A DNA stretch of 5,000 nucleotides from assembly GCF_006345805.1 (NCBI RefSeq), contig NW_021830259.1, positions 1 to 5,000 on the forward strand, read 5' to 3'. The stretch comes from Octopus sinensis (Eukaryota). A model generated the notes under the pieces. That model ran no database searches, had not been told where the DNA came from, and was given only the letters and a program-made list of their open reading frames with translations. The translations under genes were made by a program, and so were the position numbers. Positions 1-5,000 of this stretch are shown in pieces (the first letter of the stretch is position 1; each line of letters opens with the position of its first letter).

Positions 1-109
1 CAATTAAGTACCAGTTACGAACTGGAGTCGATAGACTCGACTTAATCCGTGTGTCTGTCCTTGTTTGTCTCCTCTGTGTTTAGCCCCTTGTGGGTAGTAA
101 AGAAATAGG
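1..109 (+). mobile_element. 3' part of a tRNA-derived SINE (Octopus-type, Deu/Nin-like central domain end plus family-specific tail), truncated by window start
   Basis: 2-42 (aattaagtaccagttacgaactggagtcgatagactcgact) matches 535-575 of the SINE at 424-628 at 35/41 nt, then diverges into a different tail ending ...gtaaagaaatagg. Family assignment is from recall of octopus SINE consensus sequences. Confidence 0.8.
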
Positions 110-334
110 ATTTGTCTTAGACAATGCTAGTGATCTCATCTCGTTTCCGATTTCTAAGAGAAACCGGAAACGGGATCATTGCCCCCTTGAGCTAATATTG
201 ATTTCAAATTTCAAGACGAGTAATTTCGGGGTTGGGGTGGTGGTTGGCGGTTGTGGGGCAGGGTTTAAGTTGATTTAGTAATTATGATACATCCTTTAAC
301 GGCGGAGAATATTTTAATGACTCAAGAATTTATG

Positions 335-421
335 CTGTATGGTGTCTCACAATCATATGGTCGTGAGATCGATTCCCGGCGGCGCTTGTGTCCTTGAGCA
401 AGACAGTATATTTCACTTTGT
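335..421 (+). mobile_element. Old tRNA-derived CORE-type SINE, 5' part (host of a nested insertion)
   Basis: B-box-like GAGATCGATTCC (365-376) followed by CORE-like ttgtgtccttgagcaagaca (386-405). The 5' A-box region is eroded. Confidence 0.7.
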
Positions 422-423
422 AC

Positions 424-627
424 GGCGGCGAACTGGCAGAAACGTTAGCACGCCGGACGAAATGCATAGCGGATACGTTCTGAGTTCAAATACCGCCGTG
501 GACGACTTTGCCTTTCATCCTTTCGGGGTCGACAAATTAAGTACCAGTTGCGTACTGGGGTCGATCTAATCGACTGGTACCCTCCCCCCTGCCAAATTTC
601 GGGCCCTGTGCCTAGAGTAGAAAAGAA
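424..627 (+). mobile_element. Near full-length tRNA-derived SINE with Deu/Nin-like central domain (Octopus family)
   Basis: Starts ggcggcgaactggcagaaacgttagc (A-box region), B-box-like GAGTTCAAATAC (482-493), central gcctttcatcctttcggggtcgacaaattaagtaccag (recalled Deu/Nin motif), and tail ...gtgcctagagtagaaaagaa. Degenerate reverse-complement copies occur in this window at 2847-2981 and 3024-3082. Confidence 0.85.
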
Positions 628-788
628 TATATTTCAACTTGTTCCAAATCCTTTCAGCTAACAAAAAGGGATTAGTACTGGCAATTCAAAGGGCCAGAAT
701 TATGATATTCTGAATCTCCCTGAAAACTACGGGGTGGTCGCTAGAAAAGCGGAAAATTTGTGAAATGCACATTTATATTTTCACAAGG
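628..788 (+). mobile_element. Continuation (3' part) of the old CORE-type SINE interrupted at 421
   Basis: Begins with a near-duplicate of 407-421 (tatatttcaacttgt vs tatatttcactttgt). Contains ttcaaagggccag and ctgaatctccctgaaaactacg, which I recall as downstream parts of the same octopus family. The 3' boundary is approximate. Confidence 0.55.
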
Positions 789-840
789 GTTGAGAAAAAC
801 AATTTGCATCACAAAGCGTGATATCAAATTAAATAATTAA

Positions 841-890
841 AGGTTCCTTCTCGAGCCATGTCAGGCTCTTAAGGGCCGGTTTCCCGTTTT
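841..890. repeat. Short fragment of an interspersed repeat
   Basis: ggttccttctcgagccatgtcaggctcttaagggccggtttcccg, with a small gagcc/ggctc hairpin. It resembles a recalled octopus repeat; family not determined. Confidence 0.3.
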
Positions 891-1020
891 AATGTGTGCA
901 TCTGAAGAGATGGAAGGGAAGAAACAAAAAATGAGCCAAAAGTTAACTTGGACACACGGAGAAATAGATCGTTTGATTTAACTGGACGGTCGGACATACG
1001 ATGCCACAGTCCAACATATC

Positions 1021-1268
1021 TACACACACATACACAAAACACACATACACAGGAACACAAACAAACGCATTCACACAGAGCCTTACCGACAAACATACAT
1101 ATGCACACACACACACATACACATACACACATACACACACACATAGACATACAAACACACACACACACACACACACACATACACACACATATAGACATTA
1201 ACACAAACACGAACAAACACGTACATTGGTCAACGGACAGTTTCACATACATACGTACATGCATACAC
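1021..1268. repeat. Degenerate (CA)n/(TACA)n microsatellite
   Basis: Directly visible alternating CA/TA runs; source of the HT/CV-rich spurious ORFs. Confidence 0.95.
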
Positions 1269-1277
1269 CGAGCAAGA

Positions 1278-1306
1278 CAGCCAGCCAGCCAGCCAGCCAG
1301 CTAGCC
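1278..1306. repeat. (CAGC)n tetranucleotide microsatellite
   Basis: cagccagccagccagccagccagctagcc. Confidence 0.95.
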
Positions 1307-1308
1307 GT

Positions 1309-1310
<2 letters not shown>

Positions 1311-1349
<39 letters not shown>

Positions 1350-1399
1350 GAAAATGAGAGACAGACCTACAGACAGACGGACAGACAGAAACAGAGATC
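1311..1399. repeat. (AGAC)n tetranucleotide microsatellite, pure to ~1347 then degenerate
   Basis: agacagacagacag... visible directly. Confidence 0.95.
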
Positions 1400-1572
1400 A
1401 ATAGGTGTTCGCTGTACGTGTCCTTATACAGTTTGAAATTGTTCAAGATAATTTCCTATCAATTCTCTTTAATAGGTCATTATTCGATGAGTTCTGATCA
1501 GTACAACAGCTTTAATAGTTAATTTGATTAATTGGTCATAAATTTAGAAGTGGGACATGAGTGAGGGCAACT

Positions 1573-1603
1573 GTGGTGGTGGTGGTAGTGGTCGTGATGG
1601 TGG
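1573..1603. repeat. (GGT)n trinucleotide repeat, degenerate
   Basis: gtggtggtggtggtagtggtcgtgatggtgg. Confidence 0.85.
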
Positions 1604-1615
1604 TTTTGGTCGCAC

Positions 1616-1698
1616 GTGTGTGTATATATATATATATATGTGTGTGTTTGTGTGTGTGTGCTTGTATATGTGTATCTGTGCATAAATGTATATGTATG

Positions 1699-1731
<33 letters not shown>

Positions 1732-1832
1732 GGTATATATATATGTATTTACATATATGTATGTGTATATATATGTGTATATATATATATATGTGTGCGT
1801 GTGTGTGTACGTGTGTGTGTGTGTGTGTGTGT
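1616..1832. repeat. Compound (TG)n/(TA)n microsatellite
   Basis: Directly visible. Confidence 0.95.
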
Positions 1833-1928
1833 GGGATGTTGGTTTTAACTGAGGTGATACACGTGCTGGGGACTGCGTGTTATACGCGTGAATCGTATTT
1901 CAATAAACACACTTTTATTACTCCCCCA

Positions 1929-2076
1929 TACACATGTGCATACGCATGTGTGTGTGTGCGCGTGCATGTTTGCTGTATATTTAAATATGCACATTCGCAC
2001 ACATATGTATACACGTATTTTATACATACATGCTTACATACATACGTACATACATATATACATACATTTATATATA
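1929..2076. repeat. Degenerate (TACA)n/(TG)n low-complexity tract
   Basis: Directly visible. Confidence 0.85.
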
Positions 2077-2077
2077 A

Positions 2078-2464
2078 GGCGCAGGAGTGGCTGTGTGGTA
2101 AGTTGCTTGCTTACCAACCACATGGTTCCGGGTTCACTCTCACTGCGTGGCACCTTGGGAAAGTGTCTTCTACTATAGCCTCAGGCCGACCAAAGCCTTG
2201 TGAGTTGATTTAGTAGACGGAAACTGAAAGAAGCCCGTCGTATATATATGTGTGCGTCTATGTGTGTGTGTGTGTTTATGTGTCTGTGTTTGTCCACTAT
2301 CATCACTTGTCAATCGATGCTGGTGAGTAACTTAGCAGTTCGGCAAAAGAGACCGATAGAATAAGTACTAGGCTTACATAGAATAAGTCCTGAGGTCGTT
2401 GTGTTCGACTGAAGGTGGTGCTCCAGCATGGCCGCAGTTAAATGACTGAAACGTATAAAAGAAT
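2078..2464 (+). mobile_element. Full-length tRNA-derived CORE-type SINE (Octopus family) with internal microsatellite
   Basis: 5' ggcgcaggag, A-box TGGCTGTGTGG (2088-2098), B-box-like GGTTCACTCTC (2131-2141), CORE-like gcaccttgggaaagtgtcttc (2150-2170), internal TA/TG tract (2241-2290), 3' ...ccagcatggccgcagttaaatgactgaaacgtataaaagaat. OR1/OR2 are the described octopus CORE-SINEs; the exact family was not verified. Confidence 0.88.
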
Positions 2465-2738
2465 CTATAGTATTTTCGCCATAACATTTCTTTATTTCTA
2501 TTAGACTGCCTTCTGTGCATGCGTGCTTATAGTTGATACTATTGTGTTAACGTGATCGACGTTTGAGTCTGATCGCGCCATTTTTCGTTCTGGCGTTACA
2601 CTGTAAGCAGGGCCACTCCACTAGCAATGTGCACCAAAGAAGAACCAAGAACAGTGATCCGATTTCTCTGAAATTATTATGGTAAAAGTGCGGATATGTT
2701 GTGACGAAAGTGCGGATAATTTTTGACTTCCCCTAGTA
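2465..2738 (+). mobile_element. Internally deleted Tc1/mariner (mariner-type) DNA transposon remnant: 5' UTR, transposase N-terminus, right TIR and TA
   Basis: 2609-2671 translates (R)ATPLAMCTKEEPRTVIRFL*, resembling the mariner transposase N-terminus pattern MAAPL..CTKEEQRAVIRFL (AGG in place of the ATG). The right end aaagtgcggataatttttgacttcccctag|TA (2707-2738) resembles a mariner TIR plus TA target. No left TIR was found; the left boundary is approximate. Confidence 0.75.
2609..2671 (+). pseudogene. Mariner transposase N-terminal fragment (dead)
   Basis: Manual translation (R)ATPLAMCTKEEPRTVIRFL*. The start codon is mutated and the rest of the ORF is deleted. Confidence 0.7.
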
Positions 2739-2790
2739 TAAATGTATATATGTGTGTGTGTCTGCGCACGCGCATGCGCGCGTGTGTATA
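2739..2790. repeat. Mixed TA/TG/CG alternating purine-pyrimidine tract
   Basis: tatatatgtgtgtgtgtctgcgcacgcgcatgcgcgcgtgtgtata. Confidence 0.85.
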
Positions 2791-2846
2791 TTAATAGAGG
2801 TTGCAAAAGTGACAGCCTAGAAAATTTTAAGTAATGATTTCTCATT

Positions 2847-3018
2847 TAGGCACTAGGCCAACAATTTATGGGGAGGGACAAGTGGATTAAAGCGACCCAG
2901 CACATTACTGGTGCTTTATTTTATTGACCCCTGTAGGGATGGAAGGTAGAGCTAACTTCAGCAGGATTGAACTCAGAACGTGATGCTTCATAACTCTATG
3001 GTGCAAGGCAAGTTGCCC
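2847..3018 (-). mobile_element. Old, diverged copy of the SINE family seen at 424-627
   Basis: taggcactaggcc...ggggagggacaagtggattaaagcgacccagcacattactggtgc...attgacccctgtagggatggaagg...ttgaactcagaacgt aligns collinearly with the reverse complement of 475-615. The 5' end (2982-3018) is very eroded. Confidence 0.8.
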
Positions 3019-3023
3019 GATTC

Positions 3024-3082
3024 CTAGGCACAAGGCCAGCAATTTAAAGGGATGGGGAAAGTCGATTAAACTGACTCCTGTA
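3024..3082 (-). mobile_element. 3' tail fragment of a second copy of the same SINE family, truncated
   Basis: ctaggcacaaggccagcaatttaaagggatggggaaagtcgattaaactgac matches the reverse complement of ~560-615 and parallels 2847-2897. Confidence 0.7.
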
Positions 3083-3087
3083 ACGCC

Positions 3088-3279
3088 ATGATAGATCGTT
3101 AGCTCCTACACGCATTTTTTTCTCTCCTTGTTTTTTTCTGTGTATCTTTCTGTCGAAGAGCGTAGGTTCGAAACGTAAAAGACTTTTTCTATTTCTATTC
3201 CTGAGCGCCATACTAATACATTTGTTTGTTTGTACTCCACCAGCCTTCGTCTTTTGTTTATTTTCGTAAACCTTCCCGT
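3088..3279 (+). mobile_element. Putative Penelope-like element (PLE) terminal/pLTR fragment carrying a minimal hammerhead motif
   Basis: Pyrimidine-rich leader, hammerhead-like motif at 3145-3182, then ~100 nt ending at a (TA)n tract. The PLE assignment is inferred from the ribozyme type; boundaries are approximate. Confidence 0.55.
3145..3182 (+). ncRNA. Minimal type I hammerhead ribozyme motif, core variant (A6 to U)
   Basis: Stem I tcttt(3145-49)/aaaga(3178-82); core CUGUCGA(3150-56)+A; stem II GAGC(3158-61)-GUAG-GUUC(3166-69); GAAA(3170-73); palindromic stem III ACGU; predicted site GUA|(3177). Confidence 0.65.
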
Positions 3280-3318
<39 letters not shown>

Positions 3319-3328
3319 TATATATATA
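3280..3328. repeat. (TA)n microsatellite between the two ribozyme-bearing elements
   Basis: Directly visible. Confidence 0.97.
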
Positions 3329-4068
3329 AATAGGTGAATGAATTATCCTATGTTTATCGTCAGATGGAAAATTCGTTGAACCGAAACCTGGGTGGTAGCA
3401 AATTCACGACAGAAACACGGTTGAAGCGACCTGTCCAAGGGTAGAAACTCCGGGTTCATGTGCAGAAGTTTATGTGTTGTATATGAATAAAAGAATGGAG
3501 TCGAACGACGAAGATGTTAACAAAATTCCTTTACTCTCGACATATGTTTCGAAGACAACATGGTTTCATTCCAAGGAATAAAAAAGGGTGCATTATGCAA
3601 TCTTCTCATCAGGAAAGAAAGGGAGCCTCTCTATCGACAACAGACCAACAAAAATTTCGATGACTGCCTACATGGTAAACAAAACGATAATGAGTGTTTT
3701 AAAAAAACCGTTAGAAGCATTGACGTCAAAGATAGATAGTAGGAAGAGAAGGGATAAAGGAATAATAGGTAGGAAACAAGTGGAGAGGGAAGGGTACGTT
3801 GATTGAAAGAATATTCGAAGGCTTAGGAAAGAATTTCGCTATTGAAGTGGAGTGCACGTTAAGCTAATTGTTCAAACCACAATGACTATCGTTATCATTT
3901 ATATGAGTAGAAAGTATGTTTCTGCCAGTGTTTACATTTGTACGATTTTTCTATGATTGTGTTTACTAGGGGAACCTTAGAGAAGAGAATATGGAAGAGT
4001 TCAGAGTTGCAAATGTTACAAAATCTCCTGCCCTTATCAAAAGGAAAGGATACAGACAGTATGACCCC
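3329..4068 (-). mobile_element. Putative non-autonomous PLE-related element (~740 bp) bounded by (TA)n on both sides, containing a hammerhead
   Basis: Complex non-coding sequence bounded by (TA)n at 3280-3328 and 4069-4093, with an intact hammerhead at 3527-3624 on the minus strand. No RT or GIY-YIG homology was recognised. It may be composite. Confidence 0.5.
3527..3624 (-). ncRNA. Type I hammerhead ribozyme with canonical core and extended stem II
   Basis: Minus strand: stem I cuuuc(3617-3613)/gagag(3538-3534), extendable with mismatches; CUGAUGA(3612-3606); stem II GAAGA(3605-3601)/UCUUC(3555-3551) closing a 45-nt insert; GAAA(3550-3547); stem III AC-AUAU-GU (palindrome ACAUAUGU); site GUC| between 3539 and 3538. 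Confidence 0.82.

Positions 4069-4093
<25 letters not shown>
4069..4093. repeat. (TA)n microsatellite
   Basis: Directly visible. Confidence 0.97.
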
Positions 4094-4099
<6 letters not shown>

Positions 4100-4169
4100 A
4101 CTACGTGACCGACCAGACCATCAGATGTTGTTACACATCGCTGGTCACAATGCGTTCGCATTGTTTTAG

Positions 4170-4171
<2 letters not shown>
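4094..4171. repeat. 78-bp structured island embedded in (TA)n; probable fragment of an interspersed octopus repeat
   Basis: Flanked directly by (TA)n on both sides and rich in inverted repeats. It resembles the start of a recalled octopus repeat (unverified). Confidence 0.5.
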
Positions 4172-4218
<47 letters not shown>

Positions 4219-4304
4219 GCGTTTGTACGTGTGTCTGTGTGCGCGTGTTTGATGATGTCAGTGTATTTATGTATGTATATATGTATATGTATATCTATAT
4301 ATAC

Positions 4305-4348
<44 letters not shown>

Positions 4349-4433
4349 GTATATACATATACACACACACACATATATATATATATATGTATGTTTGTAA
4401 GTAGCATGTATGTACGTACGTATGCATGTATAT
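4172..4433. repeat. Compound (TA)n/(TG)n/(CA)n microsatellite
   Basis: Directly visible. Confidence 0.95.
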
Positions 4434-4586
4434 CTATGCCCGTTAATTGTCATTATCAGTGCCATCAATTAACTAACTATTTAAATATGCAAATTTACAA
4501 AAGTAGCAATTGAACAATTTGATAATTTAATTAGAAAAAGCAATTTTTGTTTTTGAACTCCGCTTTTTCAAGAATGTCCTAATTAA

Positions 4587-4628
4587 CACCACCACCACCA
4601 CCACCACCACAACCACCTATACCACCAC
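4587..4628. repeat. (ACC)n trinucleotide repeat
   Basis: caccaccaccaccaccaccaccacaaccacc... Confidence 0.95.
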
Positions 4629-4656
4629 TTTTCCTCCGCTATTAGAATTAGGCTTG

Positions 4657-4677
4657 GTAGTAGTAATAGTAGTAGTA
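4657..4677. repeat. (TAG)n trinucleotide repeat
   Basis: gtagtagtaatagtagtagta. Confidence 0.9.
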
Positions 4678-4683
4678 AACCAT

Positions 4684-4743
4684 CACACACACATATATAT
4701 GTATATATGCATACATATATATATGTATATACACATGCATATA
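4684..4743. repeat. (CA)n/(TA)n microsatellite
   Basis: Directly visible. Confidence 0.92.
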
Positions 4744-4888
4744 GGGGTACAGGACGTCAAAAAATGTACACAGGAGAGTGAAAACAAATGGTAAGAGCTG
4801 TTAAACCATAATGAGGTGAAGTGGTGAACGCTGGAGAAATAATCTTTGACAGGACAATATACATACATTGGGCAAGTGTCTTCTACCA

Positions 4889-4910
4889 TGTATATATATA
4901 TATATATATA
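4889..4910. repeat. (TA)n microsatellite
   Basis: Directly visible. Confidence 0.95.
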
Positions 4911-5000
4911 AAATACAAAATGGGACAAGAACGCAAAACATCCGGACAACTAGGTGATACAAAAAGGGACAACAAAATATCCAGATAGACAATACAAAAA
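4911..5000. repeat. A-rich element beginning at a (TA)n edge, with imperfect internal tandem duplication; runs off the window
   Basis: atacaaaatgggacaa (4913-28) vs atacaaaaagggacaa (4957-72); caaaacatccgga (4934-46) vs caaaatatccaga (4973-85); a third atacaaaaa at 4992. Confidence 0.5.

Noticed and set aside
339-569. 76-aa ORF
   Set aside because: It spans two nested SINEs, so it is a chance open frame.
902-930. CTGAAGA...GAAAC hammerhead-like words on the plus strand
   Set aside because: No stem II pairing, no G10.1-C11.1 pair, and no stem III/NUH site.
2078-2150. tRNA gene
   Set aside because: It has A/B boxes but no complete cloverleaf, and continues into a CORE-like SINE body, so it is a SINE head.
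869-2213. Long ORFs rich in CV/HT/YI dipeptides (e.g. 869-1264, 948-1304, 1686-2213)
   Set aside because: These are translations of (CA)n/(TG)n/(TA)n microsatellites, with no domain-like sequence.
2747-2790. Z-DNA-prone CG/TG tract
   Set aside because: Alternating purine-pyrimidine tracts are ubiquitous in this window; there is nothing specific to support a function.
3357-3363. Minus-strand CUGACGA
   Set aside because: No following stem II/GAAA before the (TA)n tract.
3588-3806. 72-aa ORF within the putative PLE-related element
   Set aside because: No recognisable RT or GIY-YIG motifs; it overlaps the hammerhead in antisense and is short enough to be chance.
4064-4748. tataggggt at both 4064-4072 (minus) and 4740-4748 (plus) as a possible shared terminus or TIR
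   Set aside because: Only ~5 nt lie outside the TA repeat, so the match is too short to exclude chance.
4750-4796. Possible micro-exon (cag|GACGTC...AAATG|gtaaga)
   Set aside because: The donor looks good, but the acceptor lacks a polypyrimidine tract and the segment lies in repeat-like sequence; unsupported without RNA data.
3991-4992. ORFs 3991-4404, 4131-4427, 4209-4400, 4683-4949, 4801-4992
   Set aside because: They are dominated by microsatellite-derived YI/CV repeats; the non-repeat parts resemble no protein family I recognise.

Overview
Repeat-saturated, AT-rich animal non-coding DNA (intergenic or intronic), with no credible protein-coding gene. All listed ORFs are microsatellite or repeat read-throughs. 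The tRNA-derived SINE families and the very high density of (TA)n/(TG)n/(CA)n tracts strongly suggest an Octopus (cephalopod) genome; this assignment is from recall, not a database search. The window holds at least six SINE copies or fragments (one nested in another with a probable 15-bp TSD), an internally deleted mariner remnant, and many simple repeats. Most notably, two type I hammerhead-ribozyme motifs of the Penelope-like retroelement kind lie on opposite strands and face one (TA)n tract. One (minus strand, ~3527-3624) has a fully canonical catalytic core and an unusually large stem II insert. The other (plus strand, 3145-3182) is a minimal form with a core substitution.
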